Part shown: positions 1-43,999 of the stretch, piece after piece
How positions within the stretch are numbered: position 1 is the first letter of the stretch
How the letters are laid out: each line of letters opens with the position of its first letter
Origin: the human T2T-CHM13v2.0 reference genome, Homo sapiens
Length of the DNA: 64,000 nucleotides
NCBI RefSeq assembly: GCF_009914755.1
Contig: NC_060935.1
Direction: 5' to 3' (one strand)
Position numbers and translations under genes: made by a program
Notes under the pieces: generated by a model
Database searches by the model: none
Told to the model about the DNA's origin: nothing
Seen by the model: the letters and a program-made list of their open reading frames with translations, nothing else

Positions 1-130
1 TTTGTATTTTTAGTAGAGACCGGGTTTCACCATGTTGGCCAGGCTGATATCAAACTCTTGACCTCAAGTGATCCATCCACCTCAGCCTCCCAGAGTGCTA
101 GCATCACAGGTGTGAGCCACTGCGCCCAGC
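1..130 (-). mobile_element. Alu (AluS-like), left arm, cut by the window edge
   Basis: tttgtatttttagtagagac...gtgagccactgcgcccagc. Confidence 0.93.
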
Positions 131-276
131 TCGATTTGGGCATTTTGAAGGAAGTCCTAGCTTCTAGTCTTTACAAATGTATGTGTGTGTATATATATTA
201 AAGTTTTATGTATAATATTTATTTTTGTATTTTATGTGTGTTAAGCTAAGAAAATGTCCTTTAAAGTCAAATTCTT

Positions 277-2320
<2,044 letters not shown>

Positions 2321-2547
2321 TTATGCTGATGTATAAGGAATGTGGATAAATCTTTGCTAGGCTACTGTAATTATCCTTCTTAGGATAACTATAAAGATTT
2401 TTCTGAAGAAAATCCTTGCTAAACTCATTGTGTAAAATTGTGAAGTCCCTAATCCATTGTCCAAAGATGATATTTTTAAAAGAGAATACTTCTGCTTTTA
2501 TAATTCCTGTCTGTGGGAATTTTATTTTTAAAATATTTTCATTTTAG

Positions 2548-30854
<28,307 letters not shown>

Positions 30855-31312
30855 TGACCTGCTGTCCACCCCTCCTCAACATCGAGCTCTGTTGTAAATA
30901 CGTCGCACCAGAGGCCACTGTGATGCCACTGTCTCCTCTCCATCCCGCCCAGCCATGTGACACTGGCTCCCGGTAGACGGGCACCCCGAGATGTACCAAC
31001 CTTTTCATGTATTCTGCCAAAAGCATTGTTTTCCAGGGCCCTTGACCAACATCGGCTTCCCCAGTCCAGGGCTCCCCTGCTCCTTTCCCTTCCCTGTACT
31101 GGGGTAGCTCCTGCCTGCTCTCCCTGCGTTGCCTAGGGTAAAGCCTCCAGATTTGCCATACTGAGCCCCTCTTCCTAGCATCAGGCGATACATCTGAGTT
31201 CAAATGTCTTCCCAGGCTCAGGGACCTCCATTCCTTGAGATTGTCTTGGCATGGCCCAGCCCTGCCTCATGGGATGGACAATGCATGGGGTGGTCTTTAT
31301 TTTTCCCTTTCA

Positions 31313-31318
31313 AATAAA
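31313..31318 (+). terminator. Candidate proximal polyadenylation signal of PPME1
   Basis: AATAAA within the 3' UTR. Confidence 0.6.
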
Positions 31319-32025
31319 ACACTAGTCAGGTACCGTTTTATCCCAGTCGTACTCTTCCAGGTTTGGAAGACCCAGAGAGGCCAAGATCCCATCCTTAGCC
31401 ATAGCGAGCGGTGGTGGTGGATAGCATCACAAGAAACGAGCCTGAAAATCAGGTCCAGCCGGTCCAAGCACATGGCCTCCCATCTGGGAGAGCCCACTGT
31501 CCCACTCCCACATGTCTGGGCACCTGCCCTGGGCTGAGGCCAGGCTGCTCCAGGGGCCTCCTGCGCCCTCACCTGCCACAGAGCAACCCAGGTTAAATAC
31601 AGCCCATGCACAAAGCCACAGGCCAAAGCCTATGGAATTGTTTTTAATCATCAAATTTAACCATTTTCATAACTGGTTCCTGGAGGTGTGCAGTGCCCCC
31701 TTGCCTCTTCAAACCTACAGCTTCTCTTTGCCATTTGTGGATTTCACATCACTCCACACAGAAACATTACAGCCTGGCATCCCCAGTCTTTGCCTTCTTC
31801 CAGCTGCCTCGACACAGCACTGTGGCCTGTCCCTATTGCCCAGGCACGCCATTTCCAAGGGCAGGAAGGGGCAGTGTCCTGAAGCCCATCTTTTCTGTGA
31901 CTGTCTTAGGTGATGTGTAGCCCCCTCCACCTTTCCACTCAACAACCTCCCACCCCTGTCCTGCTGCATGGTCCGGAGTCTGGGACCTACTTTGTTTTTT
32001 GTTATTTATGACCTTGTTTAAAGAA

Positions 32026-32031
32026 AATAAA
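32026..32031 (+). terminator. Distal polyadenylation signal of PPME1
   Basis: AATAAA with U-rich upstream sequence and GU/U-rich downstream sequence (ggtctggtctttctctgtg). Confidence 0.8.
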
Positions 32032-33302
32032 TATCTCCCAACCTTTATTGGTCTGGTCTTTCTCTGTGGAATTGTCCTTATTTCTGCTGATATGGGGGCA
32101 GGGGACAGCTCATTGGACTTAGTTGTCATGGAACTCCAGAAACCCCTTTCCCTATAGCCCTTCAGTGTGTTATGCTCTGCCTGTCCCCTGATCCAGAATG
32201 CCCAGTGGGATGGTCAGAGCCACCCTCCTCTGCAGCCAGGATGGGATTCCAGTCCCATCTCTCCTAATTATCGGCTGTGTCGACTTTGGTCCAGAGCAGG
32301 ACAATCTGTGCACTGTCCACATGATCTCAGTCACCATAGCTTCACTTATGTGAAACTTCATCTACAACCCAAATCATTTCCTGAGCTCTGAACAGGTAGG
32401 CCCAGGTTCCTCCTCCTGTCTCTCCCAGATGACCAAAAGCCACTTCATATTGACTGTTTCTAAAGCTGAATCCACCTTCCCCCGGAAACTTGCTCCCCAT
32501 GAAACTTGCTCTTCCTCCAGCGTTTCCTGGCTCAATAAGTGATAGGTATCACCATCTCTCCAGTTGTCCAAACCAGATACCCACAGTGAATGACTTCTCT
32601 TACACCCACCTCAGGTCTACCACCAAATCCTGTTCATCCTCTTTTCCGTGTCCCCCTCTTTTCCATCCCACAGCCAGTGCCCTAGCTTAGGCCTCATCAT
32701 CTCTCACTTTGATCACTTCAGTACCTTTGCTGCCCTCCTCCCCCCTGGGTGGTCCTCCACACTGTTGGAGGCTTCCTCCTAGCAGGCTCTGGGGCCAGAG
32801 TGTCTAAATTAGAACCCAAGCCCCACCCCTTACACTGTATGGTATGGCAACAAACTTTCTCTCTGCTGTAGTTCACTCATCTGAAAAATGGAGATAAACC
32901 GTACCTACCCCACAGGGTCTTGAGGATTATACAAGTTAAACTAGGTTAACTGGCTTTCTCACTAACTGGCACATGGTAAGACATTTAATAAGTAGTTCCT
33001 GTTATGACACTGTTACATTGTTATAGTTAGGAACTTTATTCAGGGCCGTCTGTGGGCCAATAGCATCAGTATCTCTTGGAAGCTCGTTAGAGAACTGTGT
33101 CCCCATGTCAGACCTATTGAATCAGAACTGATCTGCATTTTAACAAGTGCATCAATGTCTGAAAATTTCTTGTCTAGTTGATGATGAAATATTTCAGGGT
33201 AGTTCATGAGCTCCCTAGTAGAGGAGAGAAGTTCCTTATGTGTGGTTTGATTTCTCTCACCGGAACACTTTGCGGGTGCCTTTGCTGAGCTATGTGCCCT
33301 CT

Positions 33303-33321
33303 TGTCCACAAGAGGGCAGCA
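33303..33321 (+). promoter_or_regulatory. Candidate CTCF binding site
   Basis: TGTCCACAAGAGGGCAGCA closely matches the CTCF core CCASYAGRKGGCRS. Confidence 0.55.
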
Positions 33322-34469
33322 TGATCACTTGGTTTTCAGGGGCACTCAGGTTCATCAGGTTCACTCAAATTTTGAATGTCATCTAATTCACTTGACACAC
33401 ATCTCATTTAATCTTCACAGCAACTCTATGAGGTAGGTGCTGTTATGTTCCTTTTACAGGTAGGCAGACAGGTCCAAATTCTACAGCTTGGAAGTGACTG
33501 TCAGAATTCAAAACTGGCTTGCTTCCACATCATTCTGTTCCTGCATGCTACAAGGGACCCTGGGCAGAAGTCATTTTGGACCAGATACTTAAAAGAGCAG
33601 AAGGAGGATGACCGTGGAGATGAACCCTCTTTACACTTGATGGAGGAGGCTGAGAATGAATGAAATGCTCGTGAGCTTTGTGGTTGGTTGTGTTTTAGGC
33701 ACTTTCATCTCCATTCATCCTTTGTATCCTTGTGAAGTACAGGCACTATCCCCAATTTAAAGGCAAGGAAGCAAAAGCTCAGACATTTGAAATGGCTTGC
33801 CCACAGCCACGGCCAGAGTGGCAGCATCTTTGTCTTCTGATTCCAAGTCTACTGAGCATTCCATTACACCCCAGAAGAGAAGGGACCATTCATGTGTTCA
33901 CTTAACATGGCTTTAACGAGCACCTACTATGTGTTGGCCATAACAGTGTCCTTGCAGAGCCTACAGATCAGCATGTATGAACTCAGGAAGGGAATAAAGA
34001 AGGAGATCCCAGAATCCTTGAATGAAGGATTGCCACAAAGCCAGAAGGAGCATGTTTGGGACAAACCAAAGGCCCTGTCACATAGACACTAGTGAAAGTC
34101 CAAGGGAAACTCCTTCCCAAAAAAGGAAGGTAGGCACATTTTGGAGGCAGATGTAGATCTGATGGGGGACAGAATCTTGAGACTGGGAGGACTGAAGACA
34201 AAGCCATGAGGGGAATGGGGCATGACTTCATAGCCCCACGCTCTTAACATACTGTTAGGAGCATTTGCTGATTAAGCAAACCCGAGCACCCAATATGTGC
34301 CAGGCATCCAATGGACTTTGTAGACAGAGGTAAATAATGAGGCTCTTAAAATGAACTCATTGTCTAGAGAGACAGTGATAGAAATAGTGACCACGTTGTA
34401 AGAAGGTTGGGGGTGGGCAGTAACTAAACCTATTTGGAAACAGGCCAGGAATGGTTTCACAAGAGGTAG

Positions 34470-34781
<312 letters not shown>

Positions 34782-36460
34782 TGAGTTGAGCCTTGAAGTA
34801 TCACAAAGTGGAGGTGGAGGAGGAAGGGCAAGATATCTCAGAAGGAACAGCACAGACAAGCGCTGGAGACTTGAAAGTCAGCCTAGGAAGAAGACTGTGG
34901 CTGGAGTATGGGCCGAGATAGGAGAAGAGCCAGGAGAGAAGGTGGGAGTCAGGGCATAAAGGCCTTAAGTGGCAAGAATAAGGAGTTTCCAGAAGTTATT
35001 AAATAGGCATGACCCCATATAAAAAGACAAGGTCAGGTCTTTTTTATAAAGGAAAGTCACTCTGGTAGCCTGTGTAGATGGATTGGTGGGTGCCAGACAT
35101 GAGGCCAAGAGGTCAGTAAAGAGGCAGTTGTAATTGGGCAAGGAAAAGACACAGGTATACTTAATTAGAACAGTGGCCACTGGGCTGAGAGAACAGGATA
35201 GTCTCATTATTTTGGAGGTGGAATGAACAAGAAAGAGACTAGTTAGATTTCAAAAGTGAGGGGCCAAGAACCCTTAAGTTGGATGCAGGGGCCTGTCATG
35301 AGAAGTGGGGGTTGGAAGTGAAAGGTCAAGATTTTACCAAGGGAAAAGCAAGAAGAGAGCCTACACTAGCAGCAGAGAAAGCAAAACGCAGTCACACTCC
35401 TCCCTGCAGTCACTGTTTTGTTTGCAATCTTGGAGCCAACTCTGCTGCTCCAGCTGGCCACCCCATCAGCAGCCAGAATCAACTCATTCTCAGTCTGGGG
35501 CCAGGGCTCAGAAAGTTATGTCAACTCAAGAGGCTCCCTTATTCCTCGAGCTGGCTTCCTCTCCCAGCAGTTTGCTAGAAAACTCCAGCCCATAGCCAGG
35601 CAAAACCTTGTAACCCAAGACTAGCAGAAAGGCTGGATTCTTCCAGGTGCAGGCAATAGGTGACTGAGGAGTGAATGGAGTGTTGACAGAGACAGTTTCT
35701 TCCTGATTAATGACAATGATGCCATTCCATAATGACTTATAGAATGACTAATCAAACAAGCTTAGAATAACTGACATGATACAGTCTGTATCATTTATAA
35801 AGCACGTTTACAACCTTTGAGACCTCCTAACTCCTCTGGAGTGGGGAGGGCAGACAAATCAGCAGTGCCTCCTACAGATGAGGAATTCGAGGGTCTGACA
35901 AGGAAAGTGATTTGTCCAGGGTCATACCTTAGCACAATCTGGACTAGAGCTCAGGCCACCTGACTTCCAGACGAGTGCCTTTTTAGTCCCACACCATAGC
36001 AGAAGGAGAGGAGGGGTGGGGCAGGGGCATGGAGGACTAGGACCTGATAATGAGAGGAATGCTCCAAGCTCAGTTCAGCCTCCTACTAGCTGGGTGACCT
36101 CTGGCACATCACTTCCTTCAGAACTTCAGGTTCTGCATCCCAAAATGGGGGGATAATCCTTAATTCACTAGGTGTTATGAGGGTTAAATGAGACCTAAGT
36201 ATCCAAGTATAGTAAAAGCTGCTGCCTGCAGTAATAAGGTGAAAAACAGTAAATGCCATGGTGCTAAGAAGATAAGGGGATTCATTCATCCTGACTGGGA
36301 ATCCCCACAGGGCGGGGAGACCAAGGCACAGCAATTCTACCCCTACTCCTGCTGGGTAGGGCTGCTCAGGCAGAATTAGTGGAAGCCGGTGTGCCCCTGG
36401 GGCCTGAGAGCAGTGGCCCATGCTGCATCCTCCCTGGGACGTCCTTCTCAAAAAACTTTT

Positions 36461-36755
36461 GGCTGGGCACGGTGGCTCACGCCTGTAATCCCAGCACTTT
36501 GGGAAGCCAAGGTGGGCAGATAGTGAGGCTTGGCCAACATGGCGAAACCCCGTCTCTACTAAAAATACAAAAATTAGCCGGGTGTGGTGGTGGGTGCCTG
36601 TAATCCCAGCTACTCAGGAGGCTGACGCAGGAGAATTGCTTGAACCCAGGAGGCAAAGGTTGCAGTGAGTGGAGATCATGCATGCCACTGCACTCCAGCC
36701 TGGGCGACAAGAGCAAGATTCTGTCTCAAACAAAACAAAACAAAACAAACAAAAA
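36461..36755 (+). mobile_element. AluS-like element
   Basis: Dimer with (A4C)n tail; TSD aaaaactttt. Confidence 0.92.
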
Positions 36756-36769
36756 ACTTTTAACCAGGA

Positions 36770-37475
36770 TTTTTTAAAAAAATAGTAAACTCTACCTAAC
36801 ACAGTATTTCTCATTTTAACCATGTGGAAATGAACAGTTCAGTGGCATTAATTACATTCACAAGGCTGTGGACCACACCACTATCTATACCCCAACTTTT
36901 TCATCATCCCCAGCAAGAACTCTGTACCCATTAAGCAATAACTCCTGCCTGCGTCCCCAAGCTCTATTCTGCTTTTGGTCTCTGAATTTGCCTATTTTAG
37001 GTAGCTCATAGGTGGAATCCTACAATATTTATTTTGTGTCTGGCTTATTTCATTTAGCATAATGCTTTCAAGTCCATCCATGTTGTAGTGTGTATCAAAA
37101 TTCTGTTCCATTTTATGGCTGAATATTTTATTAAATGCATATTCCATATTTTGTTTAGCCATTCTCTTGACGGACATCTGGGTTTGCTTCCACCTTTTGA
37201 CGATTGTGAATAAAGCTGCTATGACCATGGGTGTACAGCTATCATTCCATTCTTTCAGATACATACCTGGGAGTGGAATAACTGGGTCAGATGACAGTTC
37301 TATGTTTATCTTTCTGAGAAATCACCAATCTGTTTTCCACAGTGGCTGCACCATTTCACATTCCCACCAGCAACGCATGAGAGTTCCAGTTTCTTCACAT
37401 CCGTAGTGACACTTATTTTCTGTTTTTTAATTGTATCCATCCTAGGAAGTGTGAAGTGGTTCCTTATTTGCATTT
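36770..37475 (-). mobile_element. Old LINE-1 3' fragment (L1MB-like)
   Basis: Degenerate ORF2 C-terminus (CTPMVIAALFTIVKRWKQ). Confidence 0.82.
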
Positions 37476-38022
37476 CAAGACTGCAAATGTGGAGGGAGAA
37501 GGAGGGCTTTAGGGTCAGAAATGTGGGCTGATGCTGGCTGGCCCAGGGACTTGGGGCTTGCCCTACCTGTCCCACCCCAACATCATAAGAGACAGAGGGA
37601 CCCAGGGAGCTGGATAGGGAGGGAGGGTGTCTCTAGCCCCAGGCCCTGGAGGGTTCACAAGGCTTAGCAGCTCACACAGTGGCAGCAGGATAAAACCATT
37701 CATTCAGGGTGAGCCCGCTGACAATTCCTGTTCCCCTTTTTGTTGCAAGAGAGTAAAAAACAGAGATTCTAGAACCCCAGAATCTGGAGAGAATTGTGAG
37801 AGTTTCTCACAATTGGGAGGGGGGCCCCTTAGGGGACCATGTACAATTTTTAAAAGAAGATTTAATGTAATTTTTTATTTGGTAAATGGAAAAATAATGT
37901 TTTTCCAAAAAACAGATTACAGATCATAAAGTTAGACAAAATCTTTTCTCCTAGAGTGATATATCTGCATTTGTAAGACTAAAGAAAGCTTTAGGTTTAT
38001 CAAAAGAGCACAAATGGTTTTA

Positions 38023-38103
38023 TTAGGTTGGTGCAAAAGTAATTGTGTTTTTTTACCATTAAAAGTAATGGCAAAAATTGCAGTTACTTTTGCATCAACC
38101 TAA
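38023..38103. mobile_element. MADE1 (Hsmar1-derived mariner MITE)
   Basis: TA followed by ttaggttggtgcaaaagtaattg...cagttacttttgcatcaacctaa, an 80-bp palindrome. Confidence 0.92.
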
Positions 38104-38266
38104 ATAAGAGTTGGACAAATGTTAATCTAAGGACCTGTGAGTTAGGGTGATAAGCCTTCACACCTCCATATGCACATATGGACCTCCTTATCCTTCAATA
38201 TGCAAACCAAAACTCACATGACCCCCATCACATGAAAGACATAATCATGTCTCACGACTTTGGTAA

Positions 38267-38906
38267 TGACACAGGATTTTTCCCAGCTACTTGCCAACTG
38301 GGGACCTCCATGGCCAGCGATGCCCCCTGCCCAGGCCTCACGTGGCCACAGACCTGCCTCTAGAGGTGCCATGCCCACTGACCCACCTGTGCTATAGCTT
38401 GTACCCGCATTCAGGGGTTCTTGAGCTCTTGCCCCATGTCCAAGAAGAATGAGGATATGTGACAATTTGAAGAGTGAGGATGGGCAGAGAAGAATTTAAA
38501 TGAGTGATGGAAAAGCTCTCAGTGGAGATGGGATGTGAGGGGTGGTCCCCAACCCCTGCAGACAGGTGGTTTCTCTATCTCTCTCTGCCTGGGTCTGGGG
38601 CTTTTTATGGACTCAGAATGGGGAGCGTGTGCTGACTGGCTTGTGAGTATGCAAAAAAGGTTAAAGCAAAGACACCATTCACAGTATAAAAAAAAATTAG
38701 GAAAGGGTAGGTATATGTAAAATAGGTGAAAGGTGGGGAGCAATCAGAGGAAAGCACACTGAATGGGAAAACAGGTTCTTAATCTGGTCCATGGGTTTAC
38801 CTGGGACTTGTAGCTAGACTTTACACTGTCTTTGGCTTGAAGGTTGGGTTTCACTGGGGACCTGACCCTATCTGCCTAGGCATTTGTCTGCTTCCTGCCG
38901 TTATCA
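38267..38906 (-). mobile_element. ERV1-class solo LTR (LTR1/LTR27/LTR28-like)
   Basis: TG...CA termini; minus-strand start tgataacggcaggaagcagacaaatgcctaggcagatagg; 4-bp flanks gtaa/ataa. Confidence 0.7.
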
Positions 38907-41185
38907 ATAACATGTTATATGTTCCTCTTTCACTAGTATTTTGCTGGGATTGTAACTATTTTCACATATGTCAGTATTTTCACTAGTATTTCACTAGTAT
39001 AGTCACTGTGGGTTCTCTTTTCTGGGAGCTCTTCAAGGTCAGAGACTCAATCAGTCATCCCAGCATCCTCAGCCCCAGCAAAGGTCCTGACCCAGAGGCA
39101 ACATCAGGAATGCTTAGCTGAATGAATAAATGACAGGCCACACATGCAGTCTGTGCTCATTAAAATACCATCAAATATTGGTACCATTATTTGCCCACTG
39201 TGCAACTGTTCCAAGAAGCACCTATGGCGCTTTGGAAAAAGCATGGGTCTCTGAGCCAGGAAACCTTGCTTCTAGTCTTGAGCTGACACTGACACACAGC
39301 GTAATTATGGGCAAGTTGCTTTACTTTTCTGGGGCAGGGGAACTAACTACTGCCCTCCAGTCCCATAACGTGATAAGCAGATGAACAGGAGACATGGTGG
39401 TCATTATTTTTTAGTTATGCTCCATCTGAAAATGTGGTGGGCTTTAAAGATGGTAGAGATGTCATTATCTATGGGGCTCCATCTGAGCGATGCCCTTGAA
39501 CCCTTAACCAAAAACACTGTCACCACGCAGGCATCTAGTGCCTAGAATCCACTCCTAGTACCTCATTCCTTTGAGATAATCCTTGATTACACCAGGCTAC
39601 CCATTTCTAATGCAAACATGCCCCTGTCAAGGACAGGGAAACTCTGTCACTCAAACCTTAGGGAGAATGGGCAGATCAAGCACTTGATAGGAGGGGTCCT
39701 GTGACCAATGAAGTGAATATAAAGAGGGATGTGGCAGAGAGAAAGAAGGGAAAGAGGCAGGCTCTGATTCCAAAGGGGGAGAAAATTGTGGGGGTCCACA
39801 GTGGGGAAGAGAGAAAAGTCCAGAAAGAGGTTAGAAGCAGTTAGGGGAACGGGGAGACTTTCCCCCAAGCTCCAGATCCTGGTTCTGCCCCTGGCTGTGT
39901 GAACTCAGTGATGTCTTTTCTTTAAACCCCATTTTCCTCCTTTGCCAAAAGAGATGATAACTGTTGTGAATATGATACAGGAGAGTGATCCATGGCAAAG
40001 AGTAGGCACATATGTTTGTTTCCTCCCCCTAGCCCTTAGCCGATTTCATAGTTCTACTGAGTACACAGCAATCTGCAGGTAAATGTCCCTCTCTCCCCAC
40101 CCCAGCTCCTACACTCAGGCTCCTTTGGCTTCTCCCAGCTTGAGCAGCCAAGGCCCCCAACAGGAGACTCTTTCAGTGGTTCCATGAAAAGGCAGTTTGT
40201 GCTGCCGTTGGCATTACTGGACAAGAGTCCCCCAGAATCAACACCCTCTTGCTTCCTCCTCCCAGACAGCTCTCTCTGCTCCCCTGTTGTGTGTGAAAGA
40301 GGGACAAGCAGGGTGGCCGCTGCACCTTGTGCTCTACAGGCATGCATTCTTACTCTTTCCATGTGTTCCTGGGGCTCCAACATGGATACCCTCAGCATAT
40401 TCTGGCCATAGGGCCCTACCCTCTCTCCAAGCTCCCACAATCCTTAGGATGAGCAGCACACAGCTTCCCACTTGATTCTATCCAATTCTCACTTACATTT
40501 GGGCATGGACCCGCTCTGCCTTAAGGGCAGTGAGCAGGTCGTCTTCTTTTCTTGGATTCTCATGGAGCAGCTAGCATGGGCAGATCACTCGACAAGTGTT
40601 CACCGTTCATTTGTGGAACTGATTCATTCCTATATTCAACAGATATCTACATCTGACAAGAGTTCTTAACCATTAGGCATCAGTGGCACAAGGGATAGAC
40701 CTTTTCAATACCTGGGAAAATGTTGGAGACCCCCCCTGCCCTAAAATTATTGGCTCCAAAAGATTATTGCCAATGGAAGCACAGAAGTGACAGCAAAATA
40801 ACATGGAATGCAGACAACAGAGGGTTAGTTAAGGTCTTTGGTGACAGATTGACATGGATTTGAATCCTGCCTCTGCTATTTTATACTTGGATGACTTCAG
40901 GCAAGTTATATGTTCTCTGACTCAGTTTCCCTCATCTATAAAATGGGCATAATAGAACTCATCTCATTTTGAGGCTTGAAGGAGACAAATACACCTAAGT
41001 TCTCAGCACAGTGCCTGGCCTATCATAAATGATGTGGTTACAAATGATAATGATAATAGACTTTAATGTAAAGAATATTATCTGGAATGAGGCTTGCAAG
41101 TGATAAGTAGTGCAGTGCCAGAAACCCCGGTTGGACAAGGCTGTTGGAAAACAGCTCACAGAACAGTGCAAGAAAGAAAGAAACA

Positions 41186-41265
41186 GGCTGGGTACTGTGG
41201 CTCATGCCTGTAATCCTAGCACTTTGGAGGCTGAGGCGGGAGGATCACTTGAGCTTAGGAGTTCG
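41186..41265 (+). mobile_element. 3'-truncated Alu (first ~80 nt only) flanked by a 15-bp TSD
   Basis: agaaagaaagaaaca at 41171-41185 and 41266-41280. Confidence 0.88.
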
Positions 41266-43585
41266 AGAAAGAAAGAAACAAAATTATAAAAAAATCAATG
41301 CCCCAAGCCACAGTTGACCCTACTTAGAATTAGATATCTATCTATCTACTAAGTGGGGCCCAAGGCCATGCCACTTTATCAGGACTAGTCAGATTCAGGG
41401 GGTATGGAGACTAGTGCAAATACAGAATTAGGCAAACATAATAATTAGTGCAAATATAAGAATTAGGCCTTTCCACTCTAGGAGTGATGTGGCTTTGAAA
41501 GCCATCTGGTGGAAAGAAGACTGGTAAGGGAGACAGACCAGTCCCAGCTCATGAAGCCCCAGGAAGCCACTAACCATTCCTACCTCACTTTCCACAGTAC
41601 CTGCTATGCTCTCCTCCCTGGGGAGGTGAAGTTCAAGTGGAGTGGTAAAGCGTTTTGAAAATGAACATGCTGGCCAAAAGTAAGGTGTTGCTATCCCTAC
41701 AGCATGCCCCCTAATACATGCAAAGCCTGGTCTCTCCTTCTCAGCCTCTAGGGACCCTGCTCATCTTCAAGATTTGCTCAAGTCCCTCCTTCCCATGAAA
41801 CTTCCAGGGGTGAGGGGAGCCTCTTAATGCAGCCTGTTCATGTCTCCACTCGTGGCCACATGGTTTCATGATGATTTGAGGGTCTGCTCCATTTCTAGGG
41901 GCAGGGTCAGCATCTAATTCTCCTTTCCCTCCCTAGTGCCAGCAACGGCCTGGCACTGAGTATGCACCTTGTCAGTGTGACTTGAATAAACAAATGAGGC
42001 TTTCTCAACTATCCCAAATCCCAAGGCTCCCCTACCTCTTGATGGCAGCATTCAGTGGTAGTTCACCTCTTTCTGCATGCAACATTTTCACATTGTGCTT
42101 CAATGACACTGAATGCAGGATGCATTTTGTCTTATCCTCCTACTGGCCCAGCTTCCAGGGCTCTATCCTCTGTATCCCCACAGCACCCACTGAGCCCAGG
42201 GCCTGCGCCTGAGGATTACTCATTAAGCAGTTATTAATTTGCAGCCAGACTTTCCTGTGTCTCAGTCGCCTGGTCAAGATGTTTGATAACTGCCCCATCT
42301 CAGACATTAAAAGCACAAGATTTGGGGCCAGTCTGTGGCACTCTCAACAAGTGACTTAACTCTATAAAACTGCCTCCTTATCTGTAAAATGGGGATAACT
42401 GTATTGACCTCAAAGGGTTGGAATGAGCATTAAATATTTAATGCATGAAGCTCTTAGAATGGTGCCATTGCTCTGATTAGCTCAGACCCATCCTGTAATT
42501 CTGAGAAGTCCAGGTTCTGTGAAGAAAAGGGAGCAGCCTCCCCTGCAGACAGTCGCTTTCTGTCTCGTCTCAGGCCTGTTCCTCTTGGAACTGGAGGAGG
42601 CAGGTTGTGAGTAGTGGCAGTAATTTAGTAAGAGGATTTCCAGAATCCTGGTGTGCTCTGCAGAAATCCTAGGAATGTGACAAGGTGCACTTCAGACTCT
42701 GAGGAAGCTGGGTATTAGAACATCAGAGCCTTTCCCTTGGGGCCACAGAGCTCTGGGAAGCTGAGGTCATATGGGCTTGCGGGGAAGGGGCAGAGACAGC
42801 AGGCATCCAACCACCCAGTCCTTGCACTATGTGGCTTCCTTATGAGCAATACATGCCCACAGCCCTGTGAAGGATCCTAAGCCAAGTGGCCTTAAATGTT
42901 CTCTTGGCACAAGTGCCCAAATATCACAATCACCCATCCATGTAGCCTTAGCCCCTGCTAGACCTACTGCTGGGAAACACTTCTCATCACACTCTGCTTA
43001 TAAAAAGTCTACCTGTCCTCCAGAGCACAGCTCAAAGGAAGCCTTTGCAGAATTGCTGAATGCCTACTTATGTTGAACCAGACCTTCTTCTGGGGCTACC
43101 AAGAGGAATGAAGAGCACAGAGCCTAGTGGGAGCAGCCTGGCAAATATATAAACATTGAAATTCAGTGACCTGAGGGCTGGAATAGAGGCATTTACAAAG
43201 TACAGCACAGCCCCAAAGCACTTCCCCTGCAAGGAAGGCAACTGACCAAAATTAAACAAATGAACAAAGTCATTTCAATCCTGATAAGTGTTATGAAGAA
43301 AACAAAGTCAGTTCATATGAAAGAAAGTGGCTGGGTGGTGGCATGGTCACGGAAGCTCTGTGAGGTAATATTGAGCCACTGCATTGAGTGGAATGATGAA
43401 AAGAGGTCAGCAGTGGAAAGACTGAGGGGATGACAAATGTCAAGGCCTGAGAAGTGGGAGTGAAGGTGGTGGTGATGGGCATGGTGGTGATGGGGACAAG
43501 GAAGAATTCCAGCTTCTGGAACGTAGCCGGGGACAGTGGTGGGAGGTGAGCTGCACCGAGATTACAGCATAAATAAAATGCTGTA

Positions 43586-43941
43586 CAGTCATCCCTCAGC
43601 ATCCATGGGGAGTTTGTTCCTGGACTTCAAGAGGATACCAAAATCTACAGATGTTCAAGTCTCTTGTATAAAATGGTGTAGTATTTGCATATAACCTGTA
43701 AACTGCACACATCCTCCCATATACTTTGTCACCTCTAGATTACTTATAACACCTAACACAATGTAAATGCTATGTAAGAAGATGTTATACTGTATTGTTC
43801 AGGGAATACAATACAATCTATTGCATCTGTACTGAGCATGTACAGAATAAAGTCTGTTATTATCCATGGTTTTTTTTCAAATATTTTCAATCCGAGGTGG
43901 AATCCACAGATGGGGAACACATGGATGTGGAGGGCCAACTG
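43586..43941. mobile_element. MER2 (TcMar-Tigger) fossil
   Basis: ta|cagtcatccctcagcatccatgggg...ggatgtggagggccaactg|ta, with TIRs and TA TSD. Confidence 0.85.
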
Positions 43942-43999
43942 TACTCTCCCTTTTTTCCCACTCAGCATTATAATGTAAGAATATTCTCAGTTGGGAAAA

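Larger units (their letters stand above)
30855..32050 (+). other. PPME1: PPME1 3' UTR (end approximate)
   Basis: Repeat-free sequence after the stop codon up to the distal AATAAA, followed by a GT/T-rich element. Confidence 0.8.

Noticed and set aside
38928-39003. Short repeats of tttcactagtat
   Set aside because: Three short local slippage copies with no spacer organisation; not a CRISPR-like array
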